From positions 256,001 through 320,000 of the forward strand of contig CAVZJB010000012.1 of NCBI GenBank assembly GCA_963775425.1: a stretch of DNA of 64,000 nt, given 5' to 3'. This document shows, one piece after another, positions 8,688-19,305 of this stretch; the stretch's first letter is position 1, and the number at the start of each line of letters is the position of its first letter. The notes under the pieces are model-generated. The model had not been told where the DNA came from. It was given only the letters and a program-made list of their open reading frames with translations, and searched no databases. The stretch is from an uncultured delta proteobacterium. GTDB taxonomy: Bacteria > Myxococcota > UBA727 > VGSZ01. The translations under genes were made by a program, and so were the position numbers.

Positions 8688-10137
8688 AGCCGAGGCTCCG
8701 GAGGTTCTCGAGCGCGCGGGTGGAGACGTCGTTCACCGGAGCGCTCCGGTCGGGCGCCTGCGCCGCCTTCATCCAGGCGCGCAGGTGCTTCACCATCTTC
8801 AGCGGCTCGTCGGGGAGCGTGCCGGCGCCCGCCAGGTTCTTCCTGTCGAGCGGATCGTGTTGTCGATCGTAGACGTGCAGGACTTCGTGCTCGAAGTTGA
8901 CGCTGGGCAGGAGCTCGCGGCGCGGGATGCGCTTGTCGAACACCTTGGCGTCGGCGGGGGTCTGCAGGATCACGCGCCAGCGGAGGTTGGCGAGCGCGGA
9001 GCGGTGAACACCGAAGTTGTTGAACTCGGAGAGCACGGTGCGGCCTGGGTCCAGCGGCCGGCGCAACAGTGTCCCGAGGTCGCTGCCGGGGAGCGTGGGG
9101 CGCGGCCTGCCGCCGGCCCACGTGACGAGCGTGGGGAGCAGATCGATGTGCTGCGTGACGTGGAGGACGTCGCCGTGCCCGGGTAGCTCCCGCGACTTGA
9201 TGAGGAGCGGGACGCGAATGATTTCGTCACCGTGGTGGTAGCCGTGCAGATAATAGCCGTGCTCGCCGAAGCCCTCGCCGTGGTCTGCGGTGAGCACCAC
9301 GGACGTCTTGTCGAGCAGGCCGCGCTCGTCGAGGTCGCCGAAGAACACCTTGGTCTGGTCGTCCATGTAGCGGATGGCGGCGTCATAGAGCGCGATCATC
9401 GAATCGCGCTCAGCCTTGGGGTAATGATTGTGGTATTCCCAATGCGCGTGCCGCCGCGGCTCGCCCGTGAAGCCCTTGGGCAGCCACGCGCGCTCGTACT
9501 CCGGCGGCGCGTGGTACGGGTCGTGCGGATCGATGAGCCACAGCAGCAGGAAGAACGGCCTTTTGGGGTCGCGCTTTTCGTCGAGCCACTTGCGCGCGGC
9601 GCCGTAGACCGTGCCCGCGGCGGGGAGCCCGTCCCACTGCGTGGTCGTGTCCACGTAGCTCTGGAAGCCGCGTTCGAGGCCGGCGACGGAGTCGGCGTTG
9701 CCGTTTCCGACGACGGCGGCGGTCTGATAGCCGAGCGCCGCGAGCTCCTGCGCGAGCGTGGGGATGCCGGCGGGCAGCTTGCTCTTGTCGGTCTGTGTGC
9801 GGTGCGCCGACGGATAGAGGCCCGTGAGCATGGAGGCCGCCGCCGGCCGCGTCCACGGCGCGTTCGTGTAGTGGTGGAGGAAGGTGAGGCCGTCGCGGAA
9901 GAACGACGCGATGAACGGCGTGGTGGGCTTGTCGTAACCGTACGCGCTCATGTGGTCGGGGCGCATGGCGTCGACCACGACGACGAGGATGTTGTCCTTC
10001 ACCCCCGGCGCGGCGCGCCCGATCTCCGCGGCGTGGGGCGCGTGGCCGGTGAAGTACGCACGGGCGATGCCACCGTCGGGATCTTCTCCTTGCGGTGCCG
10101 CGCCTGCGGCGAGAGCGAGCGCGACGAACATGAGCAT
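8677..10137 (-). CDS. Secreted sulfatase-like hydrolase/transferase (non-canonical WTRP active site)
   Basis: Signal peptide; NILVVVVDAMRPDH, NAPWTRPAAASMLTGLYP, DPHDPY, TADHGE, HIDLLPT; C-terminal LRSLGYVQ. Confidence 0.88.
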   Translation of the reverse strand: MLMFVALALAAGAAPQGEDPDGGIARAYFTGHAPHAAEIGRAAPGVKDNILVVVVDAMRPDHMSAYGYDKPTTPFIASFFRDGLTFLHHYTNAPWTRPAAASMLTGLYPSAHRTQTDKSKLPAGIPTLAQELAALGYQTAAVVGNGNADSVAGLERGFQSYVDTTTQWDGLPAAGTVYGAARKWLDEKRDPKRPFFLLLWLIDPHDPYHAPPEYERAWLPKGFTGEPRRHAHWEYHNHYPKAERDSMIALYDAAIRYMDDQTKVFFGDLDERGLLDKTSVVLTADHGEGFGEHGYYLHGYHHGDEIIRVPLLIKSRELPGHGDVLHVTQHIDLLPTLVTWAGGRPRPTLPGSDLGTLLRRPLDPGRTVLSEFNNFGVHRSALANLRWRVILQTPADAKVFDKRIPRRELLPSVNFEHEVLHVYDRQHDPLDRKNLAGAGTLPDEPLKMVKHLRAWMKAAQAPDRSAPVNDVSTRALENLRSLGYVQ

Positions 10138-10318
10138 GAACGACCGCTAACACGCGTCGTCGACGTCAACAAGCAAACCCGGGACGTGGAGAATTCCTCC
10201 CACCGCACGTCGCGCTTTCCTCGTTCCTGCATGAATCGCACACCGTCGCCGCACGGGCGGGCGAATCGATTCCGCGGCGCGGTGCGCGCCGAATCCGAAA
10301 TCGTGGGCTCGCCGCGCG

Positions 10319-10663
10319 TCAGAAGCGGTGCGGCTTCTCCGGCGTCTCGGCGAGCGCGCGGCTGCGCCGCTCGGGGCGCTCGGCGAGCATGTCCCGCCGT
10401 CGCCGCCCCGCCTCGTTCGTCGTGGCGGCGCCGGCGGGCGGCGGCGTGTCGTAGGGGTAGACGCCGTCGACGGGCGAGTAGACATAGCCCCAGCCATCGG
10501 CCCACCACCAGTCGCCGCGCGTCTTGACGTCGACGGGGACATACGACGGCTGGGCCCCCACGTGCGCCGGCGGGGCGGAGGCCGGTGGCCGCGTGGTGAT
10601 GCAGCCGCCCGCCGCGAGGGCCACGGCGGCGAGCAGCAGGGGCCGGAGGGTGCGCGCTGTCAT
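10319..10663 (-). CDS. Small lipoprotein, hypothetical
   Basis: Lipobox-like LAAGG|C; Trp/Tyr-rich core GDWWWADGWGYVYSP. Confidence 0.6.
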   Translation of the reverse strand: MTARTLRPLLLAAVALAAGGCITTRPPASAPPAHVGAQPSYVPVDVKTRGDWWWADGWGYVYSPVDGVYPYDTPPPAGAATTNEAGRRRRDMLAERPERRSRALAETPEKPHRF

Positions 10664-10762
10664 ATCGTCGATCTAGAGAAGGCGGGCGTCGTCGTCAGCG
10701 TCGCCGGATCGAGGCGTGGGCCGCGTGCGGAATGGCCCGCGTCGACGTGGCGTTGTGCGCGC

Positions 10763-11503
10763 ATGGCACCCTCGCAGCCCGCGCAGATCCCCGGCATCGA
10801 CATCGCGTGCATCGCCTGCGCGCGGCGGCGCACGCGGAGCGCGCGGCTCGCGGGCGCGCGCCTCGCGTTCGGCGCGTTCCTCGTCGTCAGCATCGTCGCG
10901 GCGACGGCGGCGTCGTGGTGCTTGAAGCCGCACTTCATGATCTGCACGCCCGCGCCGCGCCACGCCCTCGAGGCGGTCGAGCTGCTCCTCGCGCTGGCGC
11001 CGTGGGGCGGCGCGGCCGTGGCGGCGGCGCTCGGCGCCCTGTGCGGCGGCGGGCAGGGCGGCGCGCGGCGCACCTGGGTGTCGTGGGCGGTGGCGGCCGG
11101 CGGCGTCGGCCTCGCCGCGCCCGCGACGCTCCAGTTCTTCCACACGTGGCCGCTGCTGCATCCGTACCTGCGCTGCGACGCGGCGTTCTTCACCTGGTTG
11201 AACGTCGAGCCGCTCTTCCTCGGGCCGACGTGGGGGGTGTTCGCGGTTCTCTGCGCGGCGCGCGCCGGCACGCTCGCCGCCACCGGGACGGCGCGCCCGC
11301 GCCTCCGGTGGATCGTCGCCGCCACCGCCGCCGTCAGCGTCGTGTGGGTCGCGGTGATCGCGTTCGTCTTCGACCCGCTGGCGGCCGTGGGGCTGGTCCC
11401 GCTCTCGCTGGTTGTCGCCGTCGACGTCGCCATCATCGCCGCCATCGTCGTGGCCGCGCTCTCGTGGGCTCAGCGGCGGTCCGCCGTCAGCGCACGAGAC
11501 TGA
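10763..11503 (+). CDS. Multi-pass membrane protein, paralog of 12461-13144
   Basis: About 6 hydrophobic segments; shares M.PS.PAQI, ARLAFGA, P.LRC, GP...VFA.LCA.RA and ARPR with 12461-13144. Confidence 0.6.
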   Translation: MAPSQPAQIPGIDIACIACARRRTRSARLAGARLAFGAFLVVSIVAATAASWCLKPHFMICTPAPRHALEAVELLLALAPWGGAAVAAALGALCGGGQGGARRTWVSWAVAAGGVGLAAPATLQFFHTWPLLHPYLRCDAAFFTWLNVEPLFLGPTWGVFAVLCAARAGTLAATGTARPRLRWIVAATAAVSVVWVAVIAFVFDPLAAVGLVPLSLVVAVDVAIIAAIVVAALSWAQRRSAVSARD

Positions 11504-12361
11504 TGACGATGACCGAGTCGATCTCGACGGCCGAATTCCTGGCGCGCACGGCGAAGCCGCCGCCCGCGGCGCCGCCGACGCCGGCGGCGTCGACCTCGGT
11601 GCCGCTGTCCTCCACCCAGGCGCAGCCGAGCTGCCCGCCGCCGCCGCCGGCGACGATCAGGAACGAGTGCCCGACGGGATCGACGGGCAGCGGGCTCGAA
11701 TCGAGCGTGGACGAGAGCTGGTTGTTCGCGAGCTCGATGAGCGCGAGCGCGTGGCTCGGCTCGTGGTTGGACTCGCAGTCGATGCCGTCGACGGGGCCGG
11801 TCATGTGCGTCATGACGCCGACGTTGGCGAGGGCGCCGCCGACGCTCTCGAAGCGGATGTGCGCCGCGATGACGGTGTCGGCCGTGTCGATGTCGGTGCG
11901 GCGCAGGAGATCGATGCGCGTGTCGTCGGCGTGGACCGCGGCGTCGCCCTGGACGGTGAAGGCGCCGCCGTCGTCGATCCAGCCTGCGTCGAGCGCGCTT
12001 CCGGAGAACGCGTCGAACAAGAGGACGGCGTTGCCGGAGACGGTGGGGTCGGGATCGCACACGTCACCGACCCCGTCCGGCTCGGCGCCCGCCTGAAGCT
12101 CGAGGAGGTCGTCCTGCCCGGGGTTCGGCGTGGCCGGGCAGTTGTCGCACGCGTCGTCGACGCCGTCCTGGTCCTCGTCGTGCCCGACGGGGACGCACCC
12201 TCGCCCTCCGCGCCGGCGGGCGGAGCGACGCAGGCGCCCGCGAGGCAGACGAAGCCATCGATGCAGGCGTGGGTGTCGTCGCAGAGCTTTCCGCCGAGCT
12301 CGACGTCCTCGAGGCACGCGGCGAAGGGGATCGCGCCGACGAGGAGCCACTGCGGCCGCAT
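11487..12361 (-). pseudogene. Cys-rich lipoprotein with thrombospondin type 3 (Ca-binding) repeats, frameshifted near 12198
   Basis: MRPQWLLVGAIPFAA|CLED...AEGEG in one frame continues as CVPVGHDEDQDGVDDACDNCP...DGVGDVCDP in another; one base is missing in the EG linker. Confidence 0.65.
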
Positions 12362-12460
12362 CGCGCGCGATCGTAGGTCCGTCGGCGTCGCAGTGCCAGA
12401 GGTCGGCGCTGTCCGCTGCGCGCGAGGAATCGCCGATCCCGTCGGAGCGTTCTTCCCGGG

Positions 12461-13144
12461 ATGACGCCGTCGCTCCCCGCGCAGATCCACGTCCCCGACC
12501 TGCGGCCGCACCCCGACGAGGCACGGCGCGCGTCATACGCCGCCGCGCGCCTCGCCTTCGGGGCCGCGCTCATCGCCGGCCTCGGCGCCGCCGCGCTCTC
12601 GGCGTGGATGGGCCCCTCGCCCGTGCTCGTCCTGCCGCTCGCGTGGCTGGCTGCCGCCGTCATCGCCGCCGCCGCCGCCGGCCTCGCGCGCGCGGGCATC
12701 CTCGCGCCTCCGCCGCTGACGACGTCGTGGGCGGTGCTCTTCGCGGGCATCGCGTGCATCGCGCCCTTGAGCCTGCACCTCGTCGTCGACGCACCCGCCT
12801 GGGCGCCGCTCCGCTGCTTCTCGGGCCCGGGGTTCGCGGCGTGGACGCGCAGCACGTGTCTCCTCGCCGGCCCGGCCCACGTGGTCTTCGCCGCGCTCTG
12901 CGCGCGCCGCGCCGCGCGGCTCGCCCGCCTCGGGGCACCCGCCAGCGGCCTCGGCAAGGCGCGCCCGCGGCGCATCGTCGTCGTCGCCGCGCCGATGGCG
13001 GTGACGCTCGCCATCGACTGCATCGGCTTTGGGCCCTACGGGGTGCTGCCGGCGCTCTACGTCGGCGTCACCGGCGCGGTGATCGTGGGCGCGCTGTCGT
13101 TCCTCGAAGCCGCCGTCGTTCGCAGCGCGATCCCGCAGGAGTGA
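12461..13144 (+). CDS. Multi-pass membrane protein, paralog of 10763-11503
   Basis: Hydrophobic segments and the shared motifs listed above; its stop codon is the first TGA of the tandem array. Confidence 0.6.
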   Translation: MTPSLPAQIHVPDLRPHPDEARRASYAAARLAFGAALIAGLGAAALSAWMGPSPVLVLPLAWLAAAVIAAAAAGLARAGILAPPPLTTSWAVLFAGIACIAPLSLHLVVDAPAWAPLRCFSGPGFAAWTRSTCLLAGPAHVVFAALCARRAARLARLGAPASGLGKARPRRIVVVAAPMAVTLAIDCIGFGPYGVLPALYVGVTGAVIVGALSFLEAAVVRSAIPQE

Positions 13145-13310
13145 TCAGCGACCGGAGGGAGCGGTCGCGCTGATCAGCGACCGGAGGGAGCGGCCGCGCT
13201 GATCAGCGACCGGAGGGAGCGGCCGCGCTGATCAGCGACCGGAGGGAGCGGCCGCGCTGATCAGCGACCGGAGGGAGCGGCCGCGCTGATCAGCGACCGG
13301 AGGGAGCGGC
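13142..13310. repeat. Tandem array of about 5.8 copies of a 29-bp palindromic unit
   Basis: TGATCAGCGACCGGAGGGAGCGG(C/T)CGCGC at 13142, 13171, 13200, 13229, 13258 and 13287; no spacers. Confidence 0.95.
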
Positions 13311-13312
13311 GT

Positions 13313-13666
13313 CTACGCGGGCGGGACCGCGCCGAGCGCCGCGAACGGTGGAGCGTCGCGGTCGCTGGAGCGGCACTTGGCGTCGAAGACCACGCCGATG
13401 TCGTGCTCCGGCACGATGACGTCCAGGCGGCGGGGCGCGTCGCCGATGACGACGGAGATGCGGCCGGGGCGCACGGCGAAGGCGCGGAAGTGGCCGTCGG
13501 CGTCCGTGGCCGTGCGGCGGCCGTCGACGAGGACGCGGGCGCCGGCGACCGGCGCGCCGCGGGCGTTGCACAGCTCTCCCTGCACCTCACCGAAGAGGCT
13601 CCGCAGAGGGGTCCCGCACGACGCGAGCAGGGCTGCGAAGAGGACGACGACGCCAACGCGCTTCAC
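13313..13666 (-). CDS. Lipoprotein with carboxypeptidase-regulatory-like (transthyretin/Cna-B-type) domain
   Basis: GGAGG RBS; lipobox LLAS|C; GAPVAGARVLV...TDADGHF. Confidence 0.7.
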   Translation of the reverse strand: MKRVGVVVLFAALLASCGTPLRSLFGEVQGELCNARGAPVAGARVLVDGRRTATDADGHFRAFAVRPGRISVVIGDAPRRLDVIVPEHDIGVVFDAKCRSSDRDAPPFAALGAVPPA

Positions 13667-13839
13667 CCACGACCTCCGTCCGCGGCCCCCCATGGGGCCG
13701 GATGCCCAGTGTCTCCAAAGCCTCCCTCGGGCGGCCTCGGGTGATCCACCGAGCGCCCATGCGGCTCGGATCACAGCGCAACCTTCCTGTCGGCAGGCCC
13801 GATATGTAGGACAAATACCTCCATTCACGGAGAAGCCCG

Positions 13840-14241
13840 ATGCCCGTCGTCTCTTCCGTCGCGCCCAGCTCCCGCCTCACCGCCACCGACCCCGTCCCGC
13901 TCATCCGGGCCACGGAGCTGCAGAAGACGGTGGCCAAGGGGCCCGTCGTGGTGGAGTTCTTCAACTTCGGCTGCCCCTTCTGTCGCGCGGCCATGCCGGA
14001 GCTCGACAAGGTGGCGCAGGAGAAGCTCGGCAAGGTGAAGTTCGCCCGCATGTCGCTCGCCGACCCGCAGGCGCAGGCGATGGCGGCGCAGCTCGGCATC
14101 TCGCTCCTGCCCGCGTTCGCCGTGTTCAACGACGGCAACTTCGTCGGGACCTTCGGCCGCGAGGGCGCCAACGGCGTCGACGCCAAGCTCATCCGCGACA
14201 ACGTCGGCTACGCCTTCGACAGCGTGGGTGTGAGGGTCTGA
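13840..14241 (+). CDS. Thioredoxin family protein
   Basis: PVVVEFFNFGCPFC...P; GISLLPAF cis-Pro loop. Confidence 0.85.
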   Translation: MPVVSSVAPSSRLTATDPVPLIRATELQKTVAKGPVVVEFFNFGCPFCRAAMPELDKVAQEKLGKVKFARMSLADPQAQAMAAQLGISLLPAFAVFNDGNFVGTFGREGANGVDAKLIRDNVGYAFDSVGVRV

Positions 14242-14897
14242 TGCCGCTCGACGCCGTCTCCGGCTCCGCCTTCGTCCCCGCGCGCGACATCGCCGCGCGG
14301 ACGACGACGCCCCCCGCGGGCGACATCGTCTTCGTCCCCGCGCGCCGCCGCGTCTCCCTCGACCGCTTCGTGCCGAAGACGCCGTCGACGCCTGCCGAGA
14401 CGACGCCTGCGACGACGCCGGAGACGGCGAAGCGCGACCGGCCGATCCTCTTGTTCAACGGGCAGTGCGAGGTGTGCCAGGCGCTCTCTTCGTGGGTGAA
14501 GAAGCAGGACGCCAAGGGCGGCGACCTCATCGACGAGCGCCCCATCGGCGACGACCCCGAGGCGCTCAAGGCGCTCGACCCGCGCCTCGACATCTGGGAC
14601 GTCTACAAGGAGATCCACGTCCTGATGCCCGACGGCACCATCAAGAAGGGCGGCGAGGCCATCGGCGAGGTGTTGCGGCGCCTGCCCCACCTGGGTTTCC
14701 TCGGGCCCCTGCTCGACACGGGCCTGTTCGGCATGAAGCCGGTCCAGGCGGCGCTCGACGCCGGCTACAAGATCCTCGACGCGGCGCGCCCCGCCATCGG
14801 GTGCAAGAGCTGCGGTGGTGGACCGGTGGTGTGGTGGTCCAAGCCCATCAAGTGGACTGCCGACCTCGTGCGCTGGCTGCGCGGTCACGACACCTGA
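14241..14897 (+). CDS. DCC1/DUF393-like thiol-disulfide oxidoreductase
   Basis: ILLFNGQCEVC, IHVLMPDG..KKGGEA; extra C-terminal CKSC; TGATG-coupled to the thioredoxin gene. Confidence 0.75.
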   Translation: MPLDAVSGSAFVPARDIAARTTTPPAGDIVFVPARRRVSLDRFVPKTPSTPAETTPATTPETAKRDRPILLFNGQCEVCQALSSWVKKQDAKGGDLIDERPIGDDPEALKALDPRLDIWDVYKEIHVLMPDGTIKKGGEAIGEVLRRLPHLGFLGPLLDTGLFGMKPVQAALDAGYKILDAARPAIGCKSCGGGPVVWWSKPIKWTADLVRWLRGHDT

Positions 14898-14941
14898 ACG
14901 CACGCGCGGGGAGATTCCGCCCCGCTGTCGTCGACGCGTAG

Positions 14942-16381
<1,440 letters not shown>

Positions 16382-16401
16382 ACCACGGCGCTCGCTCGTC
16401 G

Positions 16402-19305
16402 ATGATGAAGGAGGGACGGCAGGATTTTCACGACCTGATGCGCTACCGCATCATGGACATCCTGCTCGTCGCGAGCCCCTACGACTCCTTTGTCCTCGAG
16501 GAGGCGGGTGACATCGGCGAGCGCATGCTCGGCGAGTTCAGGAACCTCGACCTCCACTACACGCCGGGCATCACCACGGTCCCCACCGGCGCCGAAGCGC
16601 TCGCGCTCCTCGAGGAGCGGCGCTTCGGCCTGGTGATCTCCGGCCTGCACCTCGCCGACATGCGTGGCGACGAGCTCGCGCGCCGGGTGGCCGACGCGGA
16701 GCTCGACGTGCCGGTCGTGCTGCTCGGCTTCGACGCCCGCGACGTCGCCGACGTCGACGCGCGCGTGCCGGCGCCGATCTTCTTGTGGCAAGGCGACGCG
16801 CGCATCCTGCTCGCCATCGTCAAGTGCGTCGAGGACGCGCGCAACGCGGCGCACGACACGCAGTCCATCGGCGTGCAGGTCATCATCCTCATCGAGGACA
16901 ACGTCCGCTACTACTCGTCGTTCCTCCCGGCCATCTACGCCGAGCTGCTCGAGCAGTCGCGACGGCTCGTGCCCGAAGGGATGAACTTCTCGCACAAGAT
17001 CACGCGCATGCGAGCGCGGCCCAAGATCCTCCTGTGCCGCACCTACGAGGACGCGTGGCAGGCCTTCGAGCGCTACGGCGAAGAGGTGCTCGGCGTCATC
17101 TCCGACGTCGAATTCCCGCGGGGCGGCGCCGTCGCCGACGAGGCGGGGCTCGACTTCGCCCGCGAGGTGCACGAGCGCTGGGCCGACGTCCCCGTGCTCC
17201 TGCAGTCCTCGAACCCCGCGCACGCCGAGCGCGCCGGCGCCGTGGGCGCGAGCTTCCTGTTGAAGGGCTCGCCGCTCCTGCTCGGCGAGCTGTCGCGGTT
17301 CATGACCGACTACTTCGGCTTCGGCGACTTCATCTTTCGCCTGCGCGACGGCAGCGTCGTCGGCCGCGCCCACGACCTGCGCTCGCTCGAGGAGGTGCTG
17401 CGCACGGCGCCGCTCGAGAGCATCGCCTACCACGCCGACCGCAACCACTTCTCCAAGTGGCTGAAGGCGCGCACGGAGTTCGCGCTCGCCGACGAGGTCC
17501 GGCCGCGCCGGGTGTCCGACTTTGCGGCGCCCGAGGACCTCCGCGCCTGGCTCATCGACACCATCGCCCGCTACCGCCACGAGCGGAGCCTCGCGGCGGT
17601 CGCCGACTTCGACGCCGCCACCTTCGCCGGTTGGGTGGGCGACGCCCGCGACGAGCTCGCGCGCATCGGGGGCGGATCGCTCGGCGGCAAGGCGCGCGGC
17701 CTGGCGTTCATGCGCACGCTCCTGAGCCAGCACCGCCTCGAGGGCCTCGACGCCGACGTCAGCGTCAGCGTGCCGCCGGCGGTGGTGATCGCCACCGACG
17801 TGTTCGATCGCTTCCTCGAGGAGAGCGGGCTGCGCGACTTCGCCATTCACTGCGACGATGACGCCGAGCTCGAGCGCCGCTTCGTCGCGGCGCCGTTGCC
17901 CGCGCGCGCGCGGCGCGACCTCGCGGCCGTCGCCAACCATGTGCGCTCGCCGCTCGCCGTGCGCTCGTCGAGCCTCCTCGAGGACTCGCAGCACCAGCCC
18001 TTCAGTGGTGTGTACGAGACCTTCATGCTCGCCAACGCCGCGGAGGACCCGGCGCTGCGCCACGGCCTCCTGTGCAACGCGGTGAAGCGGGTCTACGCGT
18101 CGACGTTTGCGAAGCGCGCCAAGGACACCATGCGCGCCACGCCGTTCCGCCTCGAGGAAGAAAAGATGGCGGTGATCGTGCAACGCGTGGTGGGCCGCGC
18201 GCACGGCACCCGCTTCTACCCGGACATCTCCGGCGTGGCGCGCTCGCACAACTTCTACCCGACGGCGCCGCTTTTGGCCTCGGACGGCGTCGCGGCGGTA
18301 GCGCTCGGCCTCGGCCGGAGCGTGGTCACCGACGGCACCTCGGTGCAGTTCTGTCCGCGCGCGCCCGAGCACATCGCGTCGTTCAAGTCGCACAAGGAGA
18401 CGATGGCCAGCGCGCAGCGTGTGTTCTGGGCGCTCGACCTCGCCGGGGGCGGCATGCGGGAGACGCGCTTCGAGCTGGAGGACGCGGAGGCCGACGGCGT
18501 GCTCGGGGCGTTGGCTTCGACGTGGTCGCCGGACAACGACGCGCTCTACGACGGCGTCTCGCGCCCGGGTGTGCGCGTGTTGACCTTCGCGCAGATCTTG
18601 AAGCGGCACACCTTTCCGCTCGCGCGCGTCGTGGATGCGCTGCTCGCGATGGGCACGTGGGGCATGGGCGCGGCGGTGGAGATCGAATTCGCAGTGGACC
18701 TCGCGTCGCGCACGGTGGCGTTCCTGCAGTTGCGGCCGCTGACCTTGTGGCGCGAGCGCGTGCAGCTCGACATCGCCGACGTCGGTGACGCCGACGTGGT
18801 GTGCCGCAGCGACAGCGTGCTCGGCAACGGCCGCATCGACGACATTCACGACGTCGTCGTCGTCGACAGCCGCCGCTTCGATCGGTCGGCGAGCCAATCG
18901 ACGGCGGAGCAGATCGGGCGGTTCAACGCGGAGCTCGCGGGGCGGAAGTACCTGCTCATCGGCGTAGGGCGCTGGGGCTCATCCGATCCGTGGCTCGGCA
19001 TCCCGGTGCGTTGGGATCAGATCTCGGGCGCGCGCGTGATCGTCGAGGCGGGCTTCGAGGACTTCAAGGTCACGCCGTCGCAGGGCACGCACTTCTTCCA
19101 GAACCTGACGTCGTTCAACATCGGCTACTTCACCGTGAACCCGGACGCCGGGCAGGGCTTCGTCGACTGGGAGTGGCTGGCGGGGCAACCCGCGGTGAAG
19201 GAGACGCCCTTCGTCCGACACATCCGCTCGGACAAGCCCTTCGTCGTGAAGATGAACGGGCAAGCGGGGGAGGGCGTGGTGCTTCGACCGTGTCCTGACG
19301 TCTAA
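16402..19305 (+). CDS. Receiver-like domains fused to a PEP/pyruvate-binding (PPDK_N ATP-grasp) domain
   Basis: Two receiver-like segments (ILLVAS...LVIS; IILIED...ISDVEFP); GGKARGL, LAVRSSSLLED, F.G.Y.T, MAVIVQ, VEIEFA; C-terminal SQGTHFFQNL. Confidence 0.85.
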   Translation: MMKEGRQDFHDLMRYRIMDILLVASPYDSFVLEEAGDIGERMLGEFRNLDLHYTPGITTVPTGAEALALLEERRFGLVISGLHLADMRGDELARRVADAELDVPVVLLGFDARDVADVDARVPAPIFLWQGDARILLAIVKCVEDARNAAHDTQSIGVQVIILIEDNVRYYSSFLPAIYAELLEQSRRLVPEGMNFSHKITRMRARPKILLCRTYEDAWQAFERYGEEVLGVISDVEFPRGGAVADEAGLDFAREVHERWADVPVLLQSSNPAHAERAGAVGASFLLKGSPLLLGELSRFMTDYFGFGDFIFRLRDGSVVGRAHDLRSLEEVLRTAPLESIAYHADRNHFSKWLKARTEFALADEVRPRRVSDFAAPEDLRAWLIDTIARYRHERSLAAVADFDAATFAGWVGDARDELARIGGGSLGGKARGLAFMRTLLSQHRLEGLDADVSVSVPPAVVIATDVFDRFLEESGLRDFAIHCDDDAELERRFVAAPLPARARRDLAAVANHVRSPLAVRSSSLLEDSQHQPFSGVYETFMLANAAEDPALRHGLLCNAVKRVYASTFAKRAKDTMRATPFRLEEEKMAVIVQRVVGRAHGTRFYPDISGVARSHNFYPTAPLLASDGVAAVALGLGRSVVTDGTSVQFCPRAPEHIASFKSHKETMASAQRVFWALDLAGGGMRETRFELEDAEADGVLGALASTWSPDNDALYDGVSRPGVRVLTFAQILKRHTFPLARVVDALLAMGTWGMGAAVEIEFAVDLASRTVAFLQLRPLTLWRERVQLDIADVGDADVVCRSDSVLGNGRIDDIHDVVVVDSRRFDRSASQSTAEQIGRFNAELAGRKYLLIGVGRWGSSDPWLGIPVRWDQISGARVIVEAGFEDFKVTPSQGTHFFQNLTSFNIGYFTVNPDAGQGFVDWEWLAGQPAVKETPFVRHIRSDKPFVVKMNGQAGEGVVLRPCPDV

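Noticed and set aside
8677-10137. Classical formylglycine-dependent arylsulfatase
   Set aside because: The active-site motif is TRPAA, not C/S-x-P-x-R, and no maturase gene is nearby.
13142-13310. 29-bp repeats as a CRISPR array
   Set aside because: Units are head-to-tail with no unique spacers, and there are no cas genes in the window.
16402-19305. Bona fide phosphoenolpyruvate synthase (ppsA)
   Set aside because: It lacks the C-terminal PEP-binding barrel and the canonical TSHAAI phospho-His motif.
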